A DNA stretch of 64,000 nucleotides from a virus (taxonomy: Duplodnaviria > Caudoviricetes). Below the pieces are notes generated by a model. The model made no database searches and was not told the origin of the DNA. It saw only the letters and a list, made by a program, of their open reading frames with translations. The stretch lies in IMG/VR virus record IMGVR_UViG_3300021431_000076, positions 256,001 through 320,000 of that record. One strand, written 5' to 3'. Of the stretch, positions 34,712-43,211 are shown in pieces. Position 1 is the first letter of the stretch. Every line of letters starts with the position of its first letter. Made by a program: the position numbers and the translations under genes.

Positions 34712-35485
34712 ATGAGCCTATCTGCAATACAAAATGCTGGTTATGAATGTATTAAAATGCTCTATACTCCTGGTACAGAACAAAATCCTATAGGCACATT
34801 CTCTAAAGCTCCATCTGATATAAGTGATGAATTAGAATTAAAATATATTTATGATCCTAATACTCAACCAGCGCAAGGACATGGAGGAACTGGAGGTATT
34901 AGAGTTTGGGATTGGTATGTGCAAGGTTCTAAAGATAAAGATCCAAATGTAAAATATAATGTTTGGGGTGGTATATTTAAAACTCACATGTATCATTCAT
35001 CTGCAACTATAATTAATGAATCTGGTTGGTTCTATGCTATAGATTGTGGTGATGTTTATATTGCCGATAGACCAGTATGTATAATGTGTACTTATAATGA
35101 GATACAGCAAGCAGGATATATTGGTAGTAATAAACCTATACACCTTATAACTAAAAATGAATATGAAACTTATATAAAGACCAATCCTATATCTACTGTA
35201 TGGAATAACGATAATAGAAATGATTCATATGCTGCGCATTTTGGAGAATGGATAGATGAAGTAGATGAAAATGAACAAGTAATGATAGCTACAAGGCTAA
35301 ATGATCTAGGTACTGGTGAACGTAATGATTATTATAACACACAATCGTGTAGTGGCTTGCAACCTAAAAATACAAGAAGTTTATTAACAAATCCACATGA
35401 TGCTATTTATGTTCCGACAGCATTTAGACCAGTATTTAATAATAAAAAATCTATAATTTATTATAATATGAAATTGAATGAGTGA
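34712..35485 (+). CDS. putative tail-associated protein, paralogue of the 33354 N-domain
   Basis: GWFY..IADRPV..AGY..WNN..GEW..RPVF shared. Confidence 0.55.
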   Translation: MSLSAIQNAGYECIKMLYTPGTEQNPIGTFSKAPSDISDELELKYIYDPNTQPAQGHGGTGGIRVWDWYVQGSKDKDPNVKYNVWGGIFKTHMYHSSATIINESGWFYAIDCGDVYIADRPVCIMCTYNEIQQAGYIGSNKPIHLITKNEYETYIKTNPISTVWNNDNRNDSYAAHFGEWIDEVDENEQVMIATRLNDLGTGERNDYYNTQSCSGLQPKNTRSLLTNPHDAIYVPTAFRPVFNNKKSIIYYNMKLNE

Positions 35486-35515
35486 TTTATGATAGACAAA
35501 GGTGTGTGATAAAAA

Positions 35516-35617
35516 ATGAATATGAATAATATATATATATATATATATGATATAGGACGATAAACATCATTAGATTTAGGAAGTAAAGTATTTATGAATT
35601 GTAAAGTAACAGAATAA
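35516..35617 (+). pseudogene. decayed paralogue remnant containing an (AT)10 microsatellite
   Basis: ATG 35516, (AT)10 at 35529-35548, in-frame TAA, then ...VFMNCKVTE stop resembling neighbouring C-termini (YNMKLNE, DNFKLDGE). Confidence 0.35.
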
Positions 35618-35636
35618 AATGAGGTAGTGATAATTC

Positions 35637-36008
35637 ATGACGCTAACTGAATATAAAGAGCGGAGAGCAGCTTTATTAAATGACTTAGCAGCTTTAGATT
35701 CTGAATTTAATGGTGGTTCTTTCTCTGTAAATAATAAAGAGAAACAATTAATTATGGGATTATCTACAGATTATATGAAAATATATAATGTTTGGAATTT
35801 AAATTATTTTTATTTAAGTTCAGATTCAAATGAATCCTATCAAATACGACCATGTATTCAAGATAATAATAACCAATATTTTAAGTTTAAAGCAAATAGT
35901 GGAACTGGAACGATTATAGATAAAAATAAAACTTCAGATAGTAGTAAAGATTATTATAATAGAACATATTATCGATTCCCATCTTTTATGCCGATATTTA
36001 AATGTTAA
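35637..36008 (+). CDS. hypothetical (tail-associated) protein
   Basis: SD GAGG; C-terminal FMPIF resembles the RPVF ends. Confidence 0.5.
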   Translation: MTLTEYKERRAALLNDLAALDSEFNGGSFSVNNKEKQLIMGLSTDYMKIYNVWNLNYFYLSSDSNESYQIRPCIQDNNNQYFKFKANSGTGTIIDKNKTSDSSKDYYNRTYYRFPSFMPIFKC

Positions 36009-36026
36009 TGTTTGGACGTGATATAA

Positions 36027-36635
36027 TTGGCAAAATCTAATGAATTTATAATAATGGATTACCCATGGACTGATGGAATTACAGCAAATCAATCAGTATC
36101 ACCCAATAAGACCAATTTTAATACTATTAGAGGTTCATTTGATTCTAATATGAATGCATTAAATGCTTCAGGTTTATTATCTAAAAGAAACTATTCTATG
36201 AATTTATCTGGAGATTGGATTATACAATTTGATTATTATTTGAATGATACATCTTATGCAGATTGGTTTAACATGTTTGCATTTGGTACTCATAATAATG
36301 ATGGTGGAGATAAACCTACTGCAGCAATATCAGTAATCAACAATAGAGAAGTTACTGTTATTTATAATTTCTCTAAAACAGAGGCTGATAACATTTTATA
36401 TCACAAATGGCATACATTTACAATCAAAGGATCTTCAGGTAAGACTGAATTTTATTTAGATGGAGAACTTAAAAATAGTCTAGGTTCTATAGGTAATCAA
36501 AGTGATTTTTACTTGAATGGTAAAGGTGGAGGAAGAGAAATTTATTCTTATATAAGAAATTTCAAATTCGTTATAGGAATTAATGAATTTAAACCTCCAT
36601 ATAATTTATTGATAGATAATTTTAAAACTTCTTAA
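36027..36635 (+). CDS. stand-alone LamG/concanavalin-like domain, duplicate of the 33354 C-terminus
   Basis: long identical stretches (FAFGTHNN, GGDKPTAAISV, LYHKWHTFTIKG). Confidence 0.6.
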   Translation: MAKSNEFIIMDYPWTDGITANQSVSPNKTNFNTIRGSFDSNMNALNASGLLSKRNYSMNLSGDWIIQFDYYLNDTSYADWFNMFAFGTHNNDGGDKPTAAISVINNREVTVIYNFSKTEADNILYHKWHTFTIKGSSGKTEFYLDGELKNSLGSIGNQSDFYLNGKGGGREIYSYIRNFKFVIGINEFKPPYNLLIDNFKTS

Positions 36636-36711
36636 AACCAAACTTAATTTCATACATATATTATAATAGTGATGTGTGTAAATGGTTTAATGTGAAAAGG
36701 AGGCGATTCCA

Positions 36712-36867
36712 ATGCCTGATGAAGAAGTGCTTTGTTCACTTACAGAGCAAGGTAATTTTGGTCTTGGTGTTGGAGAAGTAACTAACAAGAAAGACCAGGA
36801 AGCTATAAGAGCTATGCAAGAGAGACAGAAACAACTCTCTGAGCAAGCTAAAAAGAAGAATCAGTAA
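36712..36867 (+). CDS. 51-aa protein not in the ORF track
   Basis: early promoter 36655, SD AAGGAGG; MPDEEVLCSLTEQGNFGLG... Confidence 0.6.
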   Translation: MPDEEVLCSLTEQGNFGLGVGEVTNKKDQEAIRAMQERQKQLSEQAKKKNQ

Positions 36868-36989
36868 ACTCTTCTTTAAGGTGATATTTCATATCACTAT
36901 CGTCGCGACGAATAAGAGTTTAAATTCTCTATACCTTAGGTGGTATAGAGACCTCTTATTTCGTCTTGTAATCTGCCCGAAAGGATGGT

Positions 36990-37769
36990 TTGATGTTAAG
37001 TCATGAAAAAATTAGTGCTCAGGTAAAGAAATATGAAGGGAAATTTAAGAAAACAGTATTCTTACTGAGCCTAATCCTAGTAGCAAGTGTTGGTGTCAAT
37101 GTCTATTCTATCTATAAGATAGTAGATATACAGAAGCAGGTTGTTACTATGCATGATGAAGTGCAACAATCAAGGGAAGCAAATAGGGAAGTCCTTGCTA
37201 TGCTTAAGGACGTAAGAAACACTCAGGAGAAGCAAAATCAAGCCTTGCAAATCTCTCTGAGAAGAAAAGCAGAACAGAAAGTACAGAAAAACAATATTCT
37301 CCTTTTGAAATCTACTGGACTTCATGGAGACATGGATTTAGGTCAATATTCTAATATATCCGTAGAGGTTATGGATAGAATTATAGACTATTATGATGCA
37401 AAGTGTGGTGGAAGTAGATTTAAAGGTAAAGGTTATGTATTCGTAAAAGCAGCACAAGAGACCGGATTAAATCCGGTGTACTTGTTTGCCCATGCAGCAT
37501 GCGAGTCTGCATATGGTAATTCATATTTAGCAAGAACTCGCAACAACTTCTTTGGAATCAATGCAGTAGATTCCAATCCAGGAAGAGCTGATGTCATGGG
37601 AGATTCTGTTGATGAAGGGATTATCAATGGTGCACATTGGATCAAATCCAACTTCTACGACCATGGATACAAAACTTTACAACAAATGCATGATGCAGGA
37701 TATGCATCTAGTGCAGATTGGAGTAATGAAATTCAGAGTATTGCCAATGGTGGATTGGCAGTAATCTGA
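36990..37769 (+). CDS. membrane-anchored GH73 glucosaminidase (peptidoglycan hydrolase)
   Basis: N-terminal TM, coiled coil, AHAACESAYG, NNFFGINA, YASSADW. Confidence 0.82.
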   Translation: MMLSHEKISAQVKKYEGKFKKTVFLLSLILVASVGVNVYSIYKIVDIQKQVVTMHDEVQQSREANREVLAMLKDVRNTQEKQNQALQISLRRKAEQKVQKNNILLLKSTGLHGDMDLGQYSNISVEVMDRIIDYYDAKCGGSRFKGKGYVFVKAAQETGLNPVYLFAHAACESAYGNSYLARTRNNFFGINAVDSNPGRADVMGDSVDEGIINGAHWIKSNFYDHGYKTLQQMHDAGYASSADWSNEIQSIANGGLAVI

Positions 37770-37889
37770 GTGTAATAGAGAATCCTTGTATTGGGATTCT
37801 CTTTTTGGGAAGGTATTGATAAGCAACATAATCACTGAGAGTATATCTCTCAGTGATTAAAATTTTGAAATATATACTATCTATTAGAG

Positions 37890-38723
37890 GTGATTAGAAT
37901 GAGAGAAGAACATGACTCTGTATTTGACTATGCTCCAGAAGCTACTATTATAACTGAAAAGGTAGATTTTGAAGAAGAAATAGAGCCTAAAGAAGAAAAA
38001 GAAAAGGAAGAAAAGAAAAAACCAAGTAGAACTGAGTTGGTTGTACAAGAAGATGGATCCAAGTATAGATCTTTCAAACTTGGTAGATGTCCTCATGAGC
38101 CAGGATTGCAAGTATATAAGAGAGCATTTCTATCATTTAAACCAGGTATATCTATTCTAGTTGGTTGTAATGGTAGTGGTAAATCTACAGCTTTTGGTTA
38201 TATTCAAGATATTCTTAAAGAGAATGATATTCCTGTGTTTAAATATAGTAATCTTACAGAGGGTGGAAATACTGCTAGAGAATCTGCATTATTCTATGGT
38301 AATTTAAATTTATTAGCAGAACAAATGACTTCCTCTGAAGGAGAAAATATTTTAATCAATATAGGAACAATGGCTAGAAGATTAGGATCATTTGTTAAAA
38401 GGAATAAAGAAAAAGGAGAATTATGGATTCTTTTAGATGCCATAGATAGTGGTTTATCTATAGATTATATTGAAGAGGTAAAAGGATTCTTACATGATCA
38501 ATTGATAGATAAGCTCACTGATATAGATCTTTACATTCTTATTTCTACTAATAACTATGAACTCTGCATAGGAGAAGCATGTTATAATGTTCAAGATTGT
38601 CAATATATAGAGATAGACTCTTATGAAACATTCAAAAAGATAGTAAAGAAAACTAGAGAGAACAAGTCTAAATTCATTAAGAAATATAATGACTTGAAAG
38701 AAAGGAAGCCAGAACTGTTTTAA
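37890..38723 (+). CDS. ABC/AAA-type ATPase
   Basis: GCNGSGKS Walker A, SSEGE signature, LLDAIDSGLS Walker B/D-loop. Confidence 0.75.
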   Translation: MIRMREEHDSVFDYAPEATIITEKVDFEEEIEPKEEKEKEEKKKPSRTELVVQEDGSKYRSFKLGRCPHEPGLQVYKRAFLSFKPGISILVGCNGSGKSTAFGYIQDILKENDIPVFKYSNLTEGGNTARESALFYGNLNLLAEQMTSSEGENILINIGTMARRLGSFVKRNKEKGELWILLDAIDSGLSIDYIEEVKGFLHDQLIDKLTDIDLYILISTNNYELCIGEACYNVQDCQYIEIDSYETFKKIVKKTRENKSKFIKKYNDLKERKPELF

Positions 38724-38834
38724 CAGTTCTGGATTTATATAAGTAAGTACTTTGTGTACTTACTTTTTCTTTTTTCAAAATCTATAAGACAACCTATTAT
38801 AGGTAGTAGTATCTTTAATATGAGGAGTGGTATA

Positions 38835-40073
38835 ATGGCTAATTCATTATTAGCAGATATGTTTAGACAAAAGGTTGCTAAAATGGGATGGGATATGAGT
38901 GGTGAAGCTACAGCAGATATTTCATATCCTACTGGATTTCTTAATTTTGATTACCTTAATGGATATATTGCAACGGAGCGATTAGAAGATGGAACGCTAC
39001 ATGATTATTACGATCTTGGTATTACTGATGGATCATATGTGTCATTCATTGCCAACACTGGAGTGGGAAAATCTACTCTTGTTTGTCAAATCGCTGCTAA
39101 TATAGCTAGAAGATTTCAAACAACTACTATATTTGAAGATCAGCTAGAGTCTAAAGGTCTAAATCAATCTAGACGTCTACAGTTGTCTGGATTTTCTATG
39201 GATGAATATAACAAAAGATATATTATCAGAAATACTAATATAACAGTAGAATCTATATATCAGAGAATAAGACAAATCCATGATATGAAATTACAGAATG
39301 CTTCTGATTTCATGTATGATACTGGTAGAAGAGATTTCTTAGGTCAACCTATTCTTAAATTAGAACCTACGATATACATCATAGATTCTATTGCTATGCT
39401 TATGCCTAAAGATTTCATTGAGGATGAGGATATGAAAGGCAAAGCATCTGGTGCTGCTTCTGCTTTGATCGCTTCTAATGTGTTTAAGATGATTATTCCT
39501 CTTCTTGGTGCTGCCAATATTATTCTCTTTGGTATAAATCATATACTAGAAGATGTGCAGATGACAATGATGCCTAAGAAAAATCCTGTTCCATACTTAA
39601 AACAAGGTGAACGCATTCCTAAAGGAAGAACTGCTACATTCTTAGCAAATAATATTGTCCGTCTAGATAATGCTGGTAAACTGAAACCAGAAGAAGGATA
39701 TCATATTGCTGGTCATATTGTAGAAGCTTCTTTAGTAAAATCACGTTCTTCTGGTATTAAAACTCCTACTAGAATGGTATTTGATTTTGCTAATGGATTT
39801 GATCCTTGGCTTTCTCTTTTAGAAACAATGAAATATAATAAACTGCTTTATGGTGGTGGAGCATCTTTAGCAGTAGATCCTGAAAAGGATTTTAAGTTCT
39901 CTCTTGGTAATTTTAAAGAGAAAATAAGAACTAATCCAGATTTCAAAGCAGCTTTTATGAGTCGAGTTATGCCTTACTTAAAATCTACAGTTATGAAACC
40001 TCAACAAACTACATACTCTGTTTCTCAAGCTGCAGATGATATTCTTGTTACCCCTGGTCTGTATGAAGTCTAA
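38835..40073 (+). CDS. uvsX: RecA/UvsX-like recombinase
   Basis: YPTGFLNFDYL, ANTGVGKS, YIIDSIA, FGINH and VKSR motifs; start revised to ATG 38835. Confidence 0.82.
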   Translation: MANSLLADMFRQKVAKMGWDMSGEATADISYPTGFLNFDYLNGYIATERLEDGTLHDYYDLGITDGSYVSFIANTGVGKSTLVCQIAANIARRFQTTTIFEDQLESKGLNQSRRLQLSGFSMDEYNKRYIIRNTNITVESIYQRIRQIHDMKLQNASDFMYDTGRRDFLGQPILKLEPTIYIIDSIAMLMPKDFIEDEDMKGKASGAASALIASNVFKMIIPLLGAANIILFGINHILEDVQMTMMPKKNPVPYLKQGERIPKGRTATFLANNIVRLDNAGKLKPEEGYHIAGHIVEASLVKSRSSGIKTPTRMVFDFANGFDPWLSLLETMKYNKLLYGGGASLAVDPEKDFKFSLGNFKEKIRTNPDFKAAFMSRVMPYLKSTVMKPQQTTYSVSQAADDILVTPGLYEV

Positions 40074-40157
40074 ATCTATTTTCAGGTATATACTATCTTA
40101 ATGAGAGCTGGAAGACTACACTTCCAGCTCTTAATATATCATAGAGGAGAAATAGAT

Positions 40158-40616
40158 ATGAGAAATGAAGAGATTGGAAGGATAATCTTAGCCACTAACA
40201 AAGATATCAAATCATTGTTAGATGATCCTTATTACTGGCAGAACTATTACACTGGATTGGGGAAACTTTCAGAATATGAAAGAAAGAATGTAGAGGAGCA
40301 GAATTCAAATTATCTGGTTGTAGTACATGATATAGATGACAGTTCTATAGTTCTGTTTGTCTGTGTTGGTAATGAAGACCAGGTCAATTATACTTCTCTT
40401 ATAGATTCTATTAAGACTCTTAGAAAACTTGCTTTAGATATGATTGAAGCATGTGATATGCCTGTAGAAATCAATCTGAAGAATCTGTGTTCTAAGAAAG
40501 AAGTTCATATAGATGATGATGCTATAGAAGAACTCTTTAGAATCTATTTTACAGGAGTATACAAAAAATTTAATTTCATAAAGAATGAGGAGGGACCTAA
40601 AATCTATGGTGATTGA
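40158..40616 (+). CDS. hypothetical early protein (start revised)
   Basis: SD GAGGAG before ATG 40158. Confidence 0.6.
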   Translation: MRNEEIGRIILATNKDIKSLLDDPYYWQNYYTGLGKLSEYERKNVEEQNSNYLVVVHDIDDSSIVLFVCVGNEDQVNYTSLIDSIKTLRKLALDMIEACDMPVEINLKNLCSKKEVHIDDDAIEELFRIYFTGVYKKFNFIKNEEGPKIYGD

Positions 40617-40695
40617 TTTCCATTAGGAGATCAAGCAAATTAATAAAGTATACCTTAACCGGTATACTTTTTTTATTAGGAGAAGGAGAAGTAAT

Positions 40696-43122
40696 ATGAA
40701 ACAAACGACTTTGAATCTGTCTAAAGAAATAGAAAAGATAGAAGAAAAGTATCCTGTTCCTGAGTTGATACTTTGTAAAGGTCTTAAGCAACCATTTAAC
40801 AATACCAACTCAGGACCAAGAAAGATAATGCAAGGAACTCAGATGGAACAAGCAACTCAATTGCTTAATGCTGAAGCTCCTATCATTTCTACTGGATATG
40901 AAAATAAGTTAGCTGAAGAATCATCTAACTTCATTACTGCAGATAGAGATTATCAGGTAGTCACCAAGATACCTAAATTCTCCACTCTTCCTAATTATCA
41001 TTATTGGTTGATTCTTTATGATAAGGAGAATGGGTATTTAGATTGTATAGAGAGGGTATCATATAAGCATGTATCTGAGTTTTATGGGTATCTGTATGAT
41101 AATGCATACTTAGATAATCTTACAACTGGTGCAATAGTTCATAAGGATGATGTTCTTCAGAAACCTATATCATTTGATGCATTCAATAACAAAGCAGAAG
41201 GACTAAACTTGACCACCATGTATATTGCATGTGAACATGTTAAGGAAGATCCTATTGTTATATCTGAATCTGCTGCTAAGAGATTTGAATGCCCTCTCAT
41301 TGATAAGATGGAGATAAGAATCAATGACAATGATATTCTCTTGAATCTGTATGGTGAAGGAAAACAATATAAGACCTTCCCTGATATTGGTGAAAATATA
41401 AAACAGTCTATCTTATGTGCATTAAGACGAGAGTTGAAAGATGAGGAAGCCTTATTCTCTCAGTCTTGGGATAGATTAAAAGAACTGATGATGAATGATA
41501 AACCATTCATTTGTGATAATGGTACTGTTATTGATATAGATGTATATTGCAACAATCCTGAGAAGTTACAAACGTCTATGTATAATAATCAGATTAAGAG
41601 ATACTATGATGAAACTATTAGATTTGCTAATGATTTCGTGTCTGCTCTTAAGCCATTTCTGTTTACTGAGACTGGAGAAGAAACTGGTATTAAAATGAGC
41701 TATGATCTTCAGAAAATGTATTATAGATCTGAAGCTGTAGCAAATGGAACTCAGTATATCTATGATAAGGTATTCTCTAATATAATCATGGATGTATATG
41801 TTCTTCATACTAAACCTCTCCATCAAGGTGATAAAATTACAGATAGATATGGTGGTAAAGGATGTATCTCTGTTGTACTTCCAGACAATATGATGCCTCA
41901 TTATCTTAAAAATGGTAAATGGGTACCAGTAGATGTATTGTATTCTATGAATACCTGCATCAATCGTCTTAATGATGGTCAGTTATTTGAGACTTCTATA
42001 ACTTATATTGGCTGGCAGTTATTACAGTATATCTTACAGAACAATCTTACTTATGATGATGCGTTTGTATTGATTCATAAGTATATTAGTCTGCTGAATC
42101 CAGAACAAGCTCAAATGCTATCCACTATGTATAAATTCTCTTATGGCAAACCAGATTATAGAATTGATTCTCCATCTGAATGTGAAATGGATGACGAACA
42201 GTTCAATAGAGATTTGTTTATAGAGAAGATGTTGCATGATGGATATATAATGCTCTCTATGAAACCAATATCTTCTAAGATGAGTATAGATAAAGTGAGA
42301 GAGTTGTATCATGCTTTCCCATTCATAAACAAATATTGTCCTGTATGTGTTCCTCAGAAAGACTCTAATGGGAACTATCGTATGGTTCATACTAGAAGAC
42401 CAGTAGTTATAGGATATAAGTACATATTTAGACTGAAACAGTTAGCAGAAGAGAAATTCTCTGCTGTATCTTTAGCATCTACTAATATCCGTAATGAAAA
42501 CTCTAAGTCTAGATTAAGCAAGACTCACAACGCTAGATTCCCGTCTACACCAGTTCGTATCTTTGGTGAAATGGAATCTTCTACATTAACAGCTCATTTA
42601 GGAATAGACTACTTCCTTACAGAGTTCCTTATAACTTCTGCTTCACCACAGGCAAGAAGAAAACATCAGAAACTCTTAACAGGAGATCCTTTCGAGTTCA
42701 ATATTGATGTAGATGAAGATGCTACTTCTCAGTCTGCTGATATTGCTCAAGCATATCTTAAGACTCTTGGCTGTAAGTTTAGATTCATTAAACTGAAGAA
42801 ATATAGACTTGCTCCAGTAAGAAGAGAAGTAGTAAGATTTAGTCCTAGACCTCAGAAACTGGTAGCAGATAATCTCTTCAATCACTTTACTAGAGAAGAA
42901 CTTATGAAAGATCCATACTATGAAGATTATCTTAATAGAAAATTGGATTATTCTAAATCTTCTCCTATATATGATTATATCAAACAACAGAAAGATCTCT
43001 ATGATCCGAAGAGACAAGAGAAATTGAAAGATGTAGTAGAGTTTGTTCCTGGTGTAGCTAGAGACAATAAAGAATGGGAAGACTATAAGAAGAAACTTAA
43101 AGAATTGAAGTTGACTAGATAA
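40696..43122 (+). CDS. split multisubunit RNA polymerase beta subunit, C-terminal part (probably non-virion RNAP)
   Basis: PFNNTNSGPRKIM..QMEQA, EDPIVISE, GDKITDRYGGKG, NRLNDGQLFE, YIFRLKQ, RIFGEME. Confidence 0.9.
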   Translation: MKQTTLNLSKEIEKIEEKYPVPELILCKGLKQPFNNTNSGPRKIMQGTQMEQATQLLNAEAPIISTGYENKLAEESSNFITADRDYQVVTKIPKFSTLPNYHYWLILYDKENGYLDCIERVSYKHVSEFYGYLYDNAYLDNLTTGAIVHKDDVLQKPISFDAFNNKAEGLNLTTMYIACEHVKEDPIVISESAAKRFECPLIDKMEIRINDNDILLNLYGEGKQYKTFPDIGENIKQSILCALRRELKDEEALFSQSWDRLKELMMNDKPFICDNGTVIDIDVYCNNPEKLQTSMYNNQIKRYYDETIRFANDFVSALKPFLFTETGEETGIKMSYDLQKMYYRSEAVANGTQYIYDKVFSNIIMDVYVLHTKPLHQGDKITDRYGGKGCISVVLPDNMMPHYLKNGKWVPVDVLYSMNTCINRLNDGQLFETSITYIGWQLLQYILQNNLTYDDAFVLIHKYISLLNPEQAQMLSTMYKFSYGKPDYRIDSPSECEMDDEQFNRDLFIEKMLHDGYIMLSMKPISSKMSIDKVRELYHAFPFINKYCPVCVPQKDSNGNYRMVHTRRPVVIGYKYIFRLKQLAEEKFSAVSLASTNIRNENSKSRLSKTHNARFPSTPVRIFGEMESSTLTAHLGIDYFLTEFLITSASPQARRKHQKLLTGDPFEFNIDVDEDATSQSADIAQAYLKTLGCKFRFIKLKKYRLAPVRREVVRFSPRPQKLVADNLFNHFTREELMKDPYYEDYLNRKLDYSKSSPIYDYIKQQKDLYDPKRQEKLKDVVEFVPGVARDNKEWEDYKKKLKELKLTR

Positions 43123-43211
43123 TTTATAAAATAAGCATATACTATAAACATGAAGAGTAGGAGAGTGATCTCCTACTCTTTCATTGTAGTATAATAGAAT
43201 GAGGTGATTTT

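Noticed and set aside
34090-36635. Diversity-generating retroelement TR/VR pair
   Set aside because: Both copies are intact ORFs, differences are not confined to adenines and include indels, and no reverse transcriptase lies in the window.
36868-36990. c-di-AMP (ydaO) or other known riboswitch before the cell-wall hydrolase
   Set aside because: Consensus elements were not recognisable; reported only as an unassigned structured leader.
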